Source of the DNA: Actinomycetes bacterium
GTDB taxonomy: Bacteria > Actinomycetota > Acidimicrobiia > Acidimicrobiales > JAJYXR01
Assembly (NCBI GenBank): GCA_021801795.1
Contig: JAJYXR010000030.1
Location: forward strand, 54,175-118,174
Direction: 5' to 3'
Length of the DNA: 64,000 nt
In this document: piece after piece, positions 28,821 to 37,027 of the stretch
Numbering within the stretch: the first letter of the stretch is position 1
Layout of the letters: every line of letters starts with the position of its first letter
Position numbers and translations under genes: made by a program
Notes under the pieces: model-generated
The model's input: the letters and a program-made list of their open reading frames with translations, nothing else
What the model was told of the DNA's origin: nothing
The model's database searches: none

Positions 28821-29966
28821 GTGAGTGCAGACACGCACTACGAGGTGCTTGGCGTTGAAGCCGATGCCACACAGGACGACATAAAGGCTGCCTACCGCCG
28901 TCTGAGCCGGCAGGTGCATCCCGACCAGGGGGGCTCTGGAGCGCTTTTCCGCCGGGTCACAGAGGCATACGAAACGCTCTCGGACCCTGAGCGTCGTAAA
29001 GCCTATGACGACGCGCTGCGCATGCCACGAGGTCGACCTGAACCCGAGGAGCCGGTCGAGGAGGCTCCTGGCTGGGTCAGGGTCGACGACGTCCCGCCTG
29101 AAGGCGACGGTGCTGGTCGCACCGACGACGGCGCAGCGGGAGGAACCGCACCCGACGGCGCAGTACCTCCACCGAGACGGACTCCGGACCCCGACGCTGA
29201 CGGCAGCTTTCCCGGCGGCGAAGCCGATACCCGGAGCGGGATCGGCCGTTTCTTCGCCCTCCATCCAGCAGGTTGCCTGGCGGGGGTGGGCATGGTGCTG
29301 ATCGTCCTCCCGGGATTCCTTCGCGTCCACGGAGCCCCATCGCTCGGGATCCTCGGGTTCCTCATGGTGATCGTCGGTACCGTAGCCCTGATAGGCGGCC
29401 GCCGGGTTATCCGCAGCGGTCAGGCTCTAGGCCTGGTGGCAGCGGAAATCGATACCATGACCGGTCCGCAGTTCGAGTCGCTCCTGGAGGCGCTCTTCAG
29501 CGGGCTCGGTTGCCGGGTGTATCGCACTGGGCACAAGGGCGGCATCGGGCCCGAGCTCGTTATCGAGCAAGAAGGCAGGCGGTCGGTGGTCATGGCGACA
29601 CGGTCGGCTGTGCCTGTAGGTCGTGGCGCCGTCCAGCAGGCCATTGGCGCCAAGGCCCCCCACGGAGCTACCGGCGCCATGGTGGTCACGAATGCCACAT
29701 TCACCGCACATGCGACGACGCTTGCACGGGAACACGGGGTCGTGCTGTGGGACCGACGGGTGCTTTTCGCCGAGATGAGGCGCCACTCCCTGGCCCCCAC
29801 CCAAGGACAGGGTTACCCCGCGGGACTCTCGGGCGGAGCGCTGCTCGGGGCAGAGCTGCGGGCCGGATTCTCGATGCTCGCCAAAGCGACAGCCGTCGTG
29901 GTCGGCGTCATGGTCGTAGCCAAAGCAGCCTCGGGTACACGCCCTAGCCCGCGCCGGCGCCGGTAG
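28821..29966 (+). CDS. DnaJ-domain / transmembrane / Mrr-like restriction-endonuclease-fold fusion protein
   Basis: HYEVLGV...IKAAYRRLSRQVHPD.GG J domain; two TM helices; MTGPQFESLLEALF..LG...VVTNATFT.HA..LA....VVLWDR Mrr_cat pattern. Confidence 0.8.
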   Translation: MSADTHYEVLGVEADATQDDIKAAYRRLSRQVHPDQGGSGALFRRVTEAYETLSDPERRKAYDDALRMPRGRPEPEEPVEEAPGWVRVDDVPPEGDGAGRTDDGAAGGTAPDGAVPPPRRTPDPDADGSFPGGEADTRSGIGRFFALHPAGCLAGVGMVLIVLPGFLRVHGAPSLGILGFLMVIVGTVALIGGRRVIRSGQALGLVAAEIDTMTGPQFESLLEALFSGLGCRVYRTGHKGGIGPELVIEQEGRRSVVMATRSAVPVGRGAVQQAIGAKAPHGATGAMVVTNATFTAHATTLAREHGVVLWDRRVLFAEMRRHSLAPTQGQGYPAGLSGGALLGAELRAGFSMLAKATAVVVGVMVVAKAASGTRPSPRRRR

Positions 29967-29974
29967 GCCGAGCC

Positions 29975-30688
29975 GTGGCGAGGTTGCCCGCGACTCCCGG
30001 TGGCATGCCTGCACGCCGGAGCGGCGGTATCCCAGCGGAACGGGGCGAGAAGTCCCTGGCCTATGTCTCGGCCACCAGAGTCGGTTTCGAGCAGGTGCCC
30101 GACGAGATAGTAGAAGAGCTCACCGCCGAGGGGATACTGCTGGGGGAGGCCGTGGCCGCTACGGCAGAGCAGCCAGTCGCCAAGCGCCGGGCCGACGGTT
30201 CTCACTACCAGCAAGTCACGGCCTGGTGGGCCAGCACCAGGTGCTACGTCGTCCTCGATGCTCGACGGGAGCTGGCCGCTGCCGGAGAGGGCAGGCTCCG
30301 CCCCGCCGGAGCGTGGTCGGCAACCGGAAAGGTCTTTCGACTACCCGACGGCCTGGCAGTGGCCAGCTCGGTGTGGCGCCGCTCGGCCGGGACTGAGGGA
30401 GCCGGCACGACGAAGAGGCAGAGCACCGATAACCCGCTCGATCTGCTTCCGCCCGAGGTGGTCAAGCCCGTTGCCGGCAGCCAGGCGGACGCGTGGCGGG
30501 AGTTCGGTAATGGCTGGGCCACCGAGACCGTCGTCGCCTCGCTACTGTCCGCGCAGAGGATAAGGGTTCTCCGTGCCACCAGGAAGGCCGCTTCCAGGCG
30601 GGCTCTGGATGCTGCCGACTGGACACTGGAAACGATCGACGCCCCCGTCACGGGGCACCAGGAGTTCTCCGTCCGGCCCTGGACCTAG
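29975..30688 (+). CDS. Hypothetical protein
   Basis: 237-aa ORF starting 8 bp after the J/Mrr gene; no recognised motif. Confidence 0.55.
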   Translation: MARLPATPGGMPARRSGGIPAERGEKSLAYVSATRVGFEQVPDEIVEELTAEGILLGEAVAATAEQPVAKRRADGSHYQQVTAWWASTRCYVVLDARRELAAAGEGRLRPAGAWSATGKVFRLPDGLAVASSVWRRSAGTEGAGTTKRQSTDNPLDLLPPEVVKPVAGSQADAWREFGNGWATETVVASLLSAQRIRVLRATRKAASRRALDAADWTLETIDAPVTGHQEFSVRPWT

Positions 30689-30807
30689 GGCTTTCGAAGA
30701 GGTCCAGATTTCACACCGGGTCGGACCCAGTCCTTCTGCCCCGCTGGCATTCCCTGGTCGAATCCCGAAATCACCCCCGGCATCGCTGCGCCCTCCTGCG
30801 GGTCGAC

Positions 30808-32289
30808 CTACTGGCCTTCGCCCTCCGCGAGCAGCCCCTCGAAGAAGGCCCGGTCGGAGAGCAGCGGCGTATCTGCCATGAAGAGCTTCCCGTAGCGCTC
30901 GAAGTAGAGGAGCTGCTTGCCCAGAAGGAAGGCACCACGGTCGAAGTCCGAGGCCATCCCGCCGTGCTCCTCTGCCATACGGCGCATCCGCCTCTGCGCC
31001 CTCAGCCTGGTTAGCACCGCTCCTATTGAGCGGCTGTGCGCTTCGACACCTCTGGCCCTGGCGACCTGCGCCTGAGGGGCAGTCAAGAGCTCACCCAGGC
31101 TCACCTCGCCGAAGGGGCGGGTGAGCACCGGCTCGATCATGCTGCGAAAGAAGGCCGCCAGCTCAGACCGGTCCATCCCAAGCCCCTCTTCGAGCGCAGG
31201 ACCGTAGGTCTTCACCATGTGATCTGCCACGTCGTCCCAGGCACTCTCGTCGCCCAGAGCAGCCTGGAGCACCCTGCGGAAGAACCGGTAGGTACCAGCG
31301 TCGAGGCGTCCGACTATCCCCCAGTCGAGCACGCCCAGGCGCCCGTCGCGCAGCAGGAGGAGGTTCCCGGCGTGGACGTCGCCGTGGAATGCCCCCCATC
31401 GCAGGGTCATGAGGAAGAATGCACGCACCACCTGCTCCACCAGCGGAGCCGGATCGACACCATATAGCGAGGCGCTCGCGAGATCGTCGATAGGCACGCC
31501 GTCGAGGAACTCCATGGTGAGCACGTTCGGACCCGACAGCTCGGGAACCACCTCGGGCACCACCACCTCGTCGAGCCCTGCTCCTGCCAGGAGATGGCGG
31601 AAGTGGATCATCGCACGCGCCTCGTTTCGCAGGTCGAGCTCCTCACCGATCTGCTCCCGGAAACCATCGAACATCTGGAGCAACGATCCTGCAGTCTGGT
31701 CACCGGTCTGGCGCGCCACGATGTCGAGCAGGGGCTGGAGCAGGTCGAGGTCCGTGGCCACCACCCGGTCGATGCCCGGACGCAAGACCTTCACCGCCAC
31801 CACGCGCCCGTCCTGGAGGCGACCTCGATGGACCACCGCTATGGATGCACGACCTATCGGCTCTGGCTCCAGCTCCGCGAAGGCGTCTCTCACGGCCATC
31901 CCGAGATCCCCCTCGATCAGCTCCCGCACCTGCTGGAAGGGCACCGGCGGGCCGGTGTCGAGGCAAGATCTGAACTCCTCCGCCAGCCCGTCGCCGAACA
32001 CACCCGGTGACGAGGCCACCAGCTGGCCGAACTTCATGAAGGTGCCGCCGAGGTCCTCGAAGGTCCGGCGGAGGGGATAGGCGAGGTCCCTGGCGGGCAG
32101 CGGGCCACGGTGCGCACTCCGCACCTGGCGAAGGGCCAGGCGACCGAAGTGCCTCCCAGCCACCCGCACTATGGTCTTGGAGCGTATGGCCAGGTGGCGC
32201 CTCGTAGGCTGGGGCAGCCGCCGCGGGAACACCCGCGGAACCCCCGGCCCGGGAACGCCATCGGTCGCGACCAGCTGATCAGCGCCCAA
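30808..32289 (-). CDS. ABC1/AarF/UbiB atypical kinase family protein
   Basis: LGGTFMKFGQ, ASIAVVH, VAVKVLRPG, EELDLRNEA, FHGDVHAGN, LDWGIVG. Confidence 0.9.
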   Translation of the reverse strand: MGADQLVATDGVPGPGVPRVFPRRLPQPTRRHLAIRSKTIVRVAGRHFGRLALRQVRSAHRGPLPARDLAYPLRRTFEDLGGTFMKFGQLVASSPGVFGDGLAEEFRSCLDTGPPVPFQQVRELIEGDLGMAVRDAFAELEPEPIGRASIAVVHRGRLQDGRVVAVKVLRPGIDRVVATDLDLLQPLLDIVARQTGDQTAGSLLQMFDGFREQIGEELDLRNEARAMIHFRHLLAGAGLDEVVVPEVVPELSGPNVLTMEFLDGVPIDDLASASLYGVDPAPLVEQVVRAFFLMTLRWGAFHGDVHAGNLLLLRDGRLGVLDWGIVGRLDAGTYRFFRRVLQAALGDESAWDDVADHMVKTYGPALEEGLGMDRSELAAFFRSMIEPVLTRPFGEVSLGELLTAPQAQVARARGVEAHSRSIGAVLTRLRAQRRMRRMAEEHGGMASDFDRGAFLLGKQLLYFERYGKLFMADTPLLSDRAFFEGLLAEGEGQ

Positions 32290-32501
32290 CTGAGCCTCGG
32301 CCCCCGCGTGACCTCACCGGCGAGGTCCGACGTTCAATGGCATTTCCCCTTCTCACCATAGGAACGCTACCAGTGCCCGGCGCTACCGGACGACACGCTC
32401 CCCCAGTCGGCTTCTGGGCGAAAACCCGTCCTGGGCCACGCGATTCAGGGCGCCGGGCGCGAACGAGCAGGTGCCCGCCGCGCAAGGGGCTCCGCGGAAT
32501 A

Positions 32502-32515
32502 TACCCCCGGGGGTA
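32502..32515. promoter_or_regulatory. CsoR/CstR-family operator-like palindrome TACCCCCGGGGGTA
   Basis: Perfect 14-bp palindrome with C/G tracts and AT flanks, upstream of the rhodanese-MBL gene. Confidence 0.7.
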
Positions 32516-32556
32516 CTGGTTACATCACCATACGACGATAACGGAGGTTCACGACG

Positions 32557-33912
32557 GTGCCCCACCGACCACCAGCGCGATCGCGGGCTGAGCGAGCAGG
32601 ACGGATCTCTGGCCTCCCCGGCCGCGGGTCAGTCGGCCACATAGCTGGTGGCCGGGGCCCGGGTCTGCCGGGATCTGGTGGCCGGGGCCCGGGTCTGCCG
32701 GGATCTGGTGGCCGGGGCCCGGGTCTGCCGGGATCTGGTGGCCGGGGCCCGGGTCTGCCGGGATCTGGTGGCCGGGGCCCGGGTGGCGACGCACCGGATC
32801 CTCACCGCCTCGGAGAGCACCGCCACATGGCTGCTGACGAGCTTGCCTCCAGGCTGGGCACCGAGGCAGAGCCGTTCCTTCTGGACGTGCGTGAGCCGGA
32901 CGAGGTGACCGCCTGGCCGATGCCCCGCGCTCGTAACATTCCCCTCGGCCTACTCGGGGAGCACCTCGGGGACCTGCCTGTGGATCGGGAGATCGTGGTC
33001 CTGTGCGCATCGGGGAATCGCTCGAGAGCTGCCAGCCATGCCCTTGCAAGAGCAGGGTTCCAGGTGGCGAACCTGGCCGGCGGCATGGCCGCCTGGGGTT
33101 CGGTATACGACGAGGCCGAGGTGAAGGTGGGCTCAGCACGGATCATCCAGTTCCGCCGCAGAGGGAAGGGTTGCCTCTCCTACCTCGTCGGATCCGGGGA
33201 CGAGGCATTCGCTCTGGATGTCTCACTGGACATCGACCGCTACGCGCAAGCAGCCGCGGCGAACGGCTGGCACATCACCAGGGTGCTCGATACCCATCTG
33301 CATGCCGACCACCTTTCGGGTAGCCGCCTGCTGGCGCTTAGGACCGGAGCGAGCCTGCACCTGAACCCGGCAGACACCTTCGACTTCGACTACGTCCCGC
33401 TCAGCCACGAGGAGCAGCTTTCCCTGCCCGGCGATACGGTGGTGTCCGTCGCTACCCTCCACACACCAGGCCACACCCAGGGATCGACGCTGTTCCGGGT
33501 GGATGCTCCTGGCGAGCGAGCTGCCCTCATCACCGGCGACACCCTGTTCGTGGACGGCGTGGGCAGACCCGACCTGGCCGAGCGCGCCGAGGAGTTCGCG
33601 CGGAACCTGCATCGCTCACTGCACCAGCACGTGCTCGGACTTCCCGACGACACCCTCGTTCTGCCTGCCCACTACGGTAGCGAGGTACAGGTATGTCCGG
33701 GCGTGCCCGTAGCTGCGAGCATCGGGGAGCTCCGCCGTAGCCTGGAGCCCCTGAGCCTGGACGAGGACGCCTTCGTGGCCTGGGCAGCCTCCAGGGTGAC
33801 CCCCCGCCCGCCGAACTACGAAGATATCGTCACCGCGAACATGGGCAGGAGCCCCCAGGATGCCCTGGCTCTCCGCCACCTGGAAAGCGGACCCAACCGC
33901 TGCTCTGCCTGA
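32557..33912 (+). CDS. Rhodanese-MBL fold fusion (persulfide dioxygenase/sulfurtransferase, YrkH-like)
   Basis: LLDVRE, CASGNRS, LAGGM.AW; THLHADH, TPGHT, TGDTLF, PAH. GGAGG RBS before GTG 32557 (alternative ATG 32827). Confidence 0.88.
   Translation: MPHRPPARSRAERAGRISGLPGRGSVGHIAGGRGPGLPGSGGRGPGLPGSGGRGPGLPGSGGRGPGLPGSGGRGPGGDAPDPHRLGEHRHMAADELASRLGTEAEPFLLDVREPDEVTAWPMPRARNIPLGLLGEHLGDLPVDREIVVLCASGNRSRAASHALARAGFQVANLAGGMAAWGSVYDEAEVKVGSARIIQFRRRGKGCLSYLVGSGDEAFALDVSLDIDRYAQAAAANGWHITRVLDTHLHADHLSGSRLLALRTGASLHLNPADTFDFDYVPLSHEEQLSLPGDTVVSVATLHTPGHTQGSTLFRVDAPGERAALITGDTLFVDGVGRPDLAERAEEFARNLHRSLHQHVLGLPDDTLVLPAHYGSEVQVCPGVPVAASIGELRRSLEPLSLDEDAFVAWAASRVTPRPPNYEDIVTANMGRSPQDALALRHLESGPNRCSA
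32645..32784. repeat. 30-bp perfect tandem repeat CTGGTGGCCGGGGCCCGGGTCTGCCGGGAT x4.7
   Basis: Read directly; no spacers. Confidence 0.95.
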
Positions 33913-33947
33913 ACGGGCAGAGCGCCATCGCGCCATCCGCGAGGCTG

Positions 33948-34721
33948 CTAGGAGTCTGCTGCACGGCGAGCAGCACGGCGCTGGCGCATACGCCTGAGCA
34001 TCTCCCGTGAGTCCAGCCTGAGCGCCCAGCACACCCCGGTCAGCGCGACGCCGATGCTGTCCACCGTAACCACCGTAACCGGAGACACCCCGTTCCCATA
34101 TGGCTCGCTAAGTGCGTGGATCCCGTATGCCAGGGCCTGGGCCCCAGACCCCATGTCCCACAGGAACAACGCGACCACCGACGCATAGAAGAAGTCCAGA
34201 TCGAATGCCCAGAGGTTCGCCCCCACCCATGCCAGACCGAACAGGGACCAGATGGGCCCGTCCTTCGTCGGGTGCGCCAGCAGCATGGCGAACGCGAAGA
34301 AGCTCATCCCAGCTATGAACAGAACCAGAGCAGCGGGCCTGAAACCGCGCCTTCGCATCGGGAGGCCAGCCAGGAAGAGGGCGACGAACGCCGGCACCAG
34401 GAACCACAGGGCCGAATCGGAGCGCATGGAAGACGGCAGGACAAGGACCAGCAGGTGAGCGGTAGCACGCCTGGCGACCTGGCCGATGTCCGAGGCGAAC
34501 GGGAGGATCTCGGTGCAGGCGAAGAACACGATCAGGGCGAACCCGCCCACGGCAGCCTCCAGCCGGTGCTCCGCCGGGGGTGCCTTATCAGCAGGCGCCG
34601 TGCCAGAAGCGGGCGCCGTGCCAGAAGCGGGCGCCGTGCCAGAAGCGGGCGCCGTGCCAGAAGCGGGCGCCGTGCCAGAAGCGGGCGCCCTCTCGGCGGG
34701 CTCCGCCCGGTCCTCGGTCAC
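33948..34721 (-). CDS. Hypothetical multi-pass membrane protein
   Basis: About 6 hydrophobic segments; GTG start overlaps the GH31 stop (GTGA) and has a GGAGG RBS. Confidence 0.65.
   Translation of the reverse strand: MTEDRAEPAERAPASGTAPASGTAPASGTAPASGTAPASGTAPADKAPPAEHRLEAAVGGFALIVFFACTEILPFASDIGQVARRATAHLLVLVLPSSMRSDSALWFLVPAFVALFLAGLPMRRRGFRPAALVLFIAGMSFFAFAMLLAHPTKDGPIWSLFGLAWVGANLWAFDLDFFYASVVALFLWDMGSGAQALAYGIHALSEPYGNGVSPVTVVTVDSIGVALTGVCWALRLDSREMLRRMRQRRAARRAADS
34594..34689. repeat. 18-bp coding tandem repeat x5 (APASGT)
   Basis: GGCGCCGTGCCAGAAGCG units read directly. Confidence 0.95.
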
Positions 34722-36967
34722 TGCCGTACCTCCATGAATGCCGATGCGATCCTCGCCGTCACCTCGGAGTCCTCTCTGGCCAGCACCGCCGGTCTGCCGA
34801 GCGGCGCGGGCACCTCCGACCAGCCCCCAGCCTCAGCCGATCCATAGGTGGTACCCGTCCAAAGGTGCCTCCAGAACCCTGCAGGGAGGTAGACCTGCAC
34901 CGTATCCACATCGGGATCGAGCACCGGAGCCACCATGAGCTCGGCACCCAGCATGTACTGATGCCTTAGATGGTAGGTACCGGCGTCGTGGGGGAAATGC
35001 AGGAAAGGATGCCTGACCACCGGAGCACCGGTCCTCGCGGCCTCAGCCACCAGGGACTCTCGGTAGCCTGCCCAGGCACGGTAGATGCCCACACAGCGCC
35101 GCAGGTGGGCCAGGATCTCTGGTGTGGAATCCCACTGCAGGTTGCTCGCGGGGTCGAGTCCCTCGTGGGTTCGAAACACTGGGCTCAGAGCACCCAGCTC
35201 CATCCAGCGCATCAGCAGCTCTGGGGTGCGGGTGAACAGCCGGTCGTCTCCCCAGGGGTTGGGCAGCGAGAGGTAGCCGCCTACATCGCCGTGGACTAGC
35301 GAGAAACCCGATAGCCCACCGGACACCATCCCGCAGACCGCTGTCCTCATCCCGTCGAACTCGTCCCAGGTCTGCAGCTGGTCACCCAGCCAGCCAAGGG
35401 TCATGAAGCCGGGGCTGGAGGTGAAGCCGGATCGGTTGAACGGGAGCATCTCTTCGGGGGCCTGGAGCGAGTCGACGGCGTCGCGGTTCACCTCGGCCCA
35501 GGCCACCGGGTAGGCGTTGTGGAAGCTCGATGGGTCGCCCGAGAAGATGTCGACTCCCTGCATCGGGAGGCCCTCGCCGAAGTCCGCCATCCACCCCGAT
35601 GCACCTGTGGACTCGGCCATGCCTGCTATGACGGAGACCATCCAGCTTCTGGCCTCCGGGTTCGACAGGTCCACCACCGCGGATCCGATGTCACTGTTCG
35701 GGATGAGGTAGGCCTCACCGTGGAGATCCCGCACTAGAAAGCCTCGCTCGAGAGCCTCGCGATAGAGGTCGTCATGGCCCGGCACCGTGGATAGGTAGGG
35801 GTTCACGTAGGTGAGCACCCGGGTACCGCGCGAACGGAGCCCGTCCACCATGGACGGCCATCCGGGGTAGAGCTCCTCGTCCAGGTGCCAGTCCCACCAG
35901 AGCTGGCTCCCGAAGAGTGACTTGCGCCTGCCGCACCAGTCCTGCAGCCAGACGCCGGCCACCTCGATCCCGGCCGCAGAGGCGACCTGGATCGCTTCGT
36001 CCACCCGCTCCGTACCACCCTGGATCCCCAGGATCACCCCTCCGTGAACCCAGGATGGAAGCTCCCTGAAGCGACCGATCACCTCGGTGGCCGCTTCTAG
36101 GACGTCGAGCGGATCCGTCCCGCTGAAGACGTGGGCCACCAGGCTGGTGGCGTGGTGCTCCAGCCTCACCACCCCTGGCACCCGGAGGTCCACCTCTCCG
36201 TAGCAGGTACCCTCCACCAGGAACGACCGGCCCTCGCTCGTATGCCAGAATGCCGATGCAGTCTCCGTGGCCACGGGGGTACCCCCTGCTCCGGGGATGA
36301 TGCTGTTCACAGCCTCGGTGACCATTGGCAGGCCGCGTCCTATGCCGTGCTCCTGGGATATGAGTGGCACGAGCTGGCCAGCCAGGTTGCACCAGGTCAG
36401 CTGCTCCCCGAAACCGAAGAACGCCTCTTCGGTGCTAGAGGCCATCCGCAGGACCAGCCGAGAGTAACCACCAGGAAATCTGCTCTCCTCCCCTGGCGAT
36501 CCCAGCGACACCTCGATCCGCAGGTCCCTCCCGGAGACCTCGACGAAGCGCATCTCGACAGCTACCGGATCTCCGGCTGGACCCGGAAGATCCTCCTGTC
36601 CAACCGCACCGGTCCCGGCTGCCCCGACCCCCGAAACATCCGTCGATCGCGCTTCGAGATGGCCCACCAGGCTCACTGTCCCCCCATCGTCTGCAGCCGA
36701 GATCTCCTCCAGGACCACCGTCGACACCGTGGCGGTGATGGTGCTGGAGACGTCGAAGCTCCCGCCGAAGTGGTCCGCGTAGTCGCATTCGCCTGCCGTG
36801 GCCCAGAGGAACCTCCCGTCCTCCACGGTCGACCAGAGCACCTTCCCGGGATTGCCACGGTGGCTGACAGCGAGGGAGCACCTGGAGGGCTCGGAGCCGT
36901 CGATGAGCTCCACGGCGAGGCAGAAGCCGGCTGGCATCTCGTAGAGGCGGCTCACCGGTCCACTCAC
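34718..36967 (-). CDS. GH31 alpha-glycosidase, YihQ/sulfoquinovosidase-like clade
   Basis: GFGEQ, LGIQGG, WLQDW, YVNPY, GWMADFGE nucleophile, WLGDQ acid/base, HGDVGGY, RTHEG. Confidence 0.88.
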   Translation of the reverse strand: MSGPVSRLYEMPAGFCLAVELIDGSEPSRCSLAVSHRGNPGKVLWSTVEDGRFLWATAGECDYADHFGGSFDVSSTITATVSTVVLEEISAADDGGTVSLVGHLEARSTDVSGVGAAGTGAVGQEDLPGPAGDPVAVEMRFVEVSGRDLRIEVSLGSPGEESRFPGGYSRLVLRMASSTEEAFFGFGEQLTWCNLAGQLVPLISQEHGIGRGLPMVTEAVNSIIPGAGGTPVATETASAFWHTSEGRSFLVEGTCYGEVDLRVPGVVRLEHHATSLVAHVFSGTDPLDVLEAATEVIGRFRELPSWVHGGVILGIQGGTERVDEAIQVASAAGIEVAGVWLQDWCGRRKSLFGSQLWWDWHLDEELYPGWPSMVDGLRSRGTRVLTYVNPYLSTVPGHDDLYREALERGFLVRDLHGEAYLIPNSDIGSAVVDLSNPEARSWMVSVIAGMAESTGASGWMADFGEGLPMQGVDIFSGDPSSFHNAYPVAWAEVNRDAVDSLQAPEEMLPFNRSGFTSSPGFMTLGWLGDQLQTWDEFDGMRTAVCGMVSGGLSGFSLVHGDVGGYLSLPNPWGDDRLFTRTPELLMRWMELGALSPVFRTHEGLDPASNLQWDSTPEILAHLRRCVGIYRAWAGYRESLVAEAARTGAPVVRHPFLHFPHDAGTYHLRHQYMLGAELMVAPVLDPDVDTVQVYLPAGFWRHLWTGTTYGSAEAGGWSEVPAPLGRPAVLAREDSEVTARIASAFMEVRQ

Positions 36968-37027
36968 CGGTCCACTCTCCCATTCATGCTGGATCCCTTC
37001 ACACCTGGCCAGCTAGCGCAGGAACGA

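Noticed and set aside
28821-29966. Active type IV restriction system
   Set aside because: Catalytic residues appear substituted and no methyltransferase or other restriction-modification gene is adjacent.
32645-32784. 30-bp repeats as a CRISPR array
   Set aside because: Units are contiguous with no spacers, no cas genes are present, and the repeat is in frame within a CDS.
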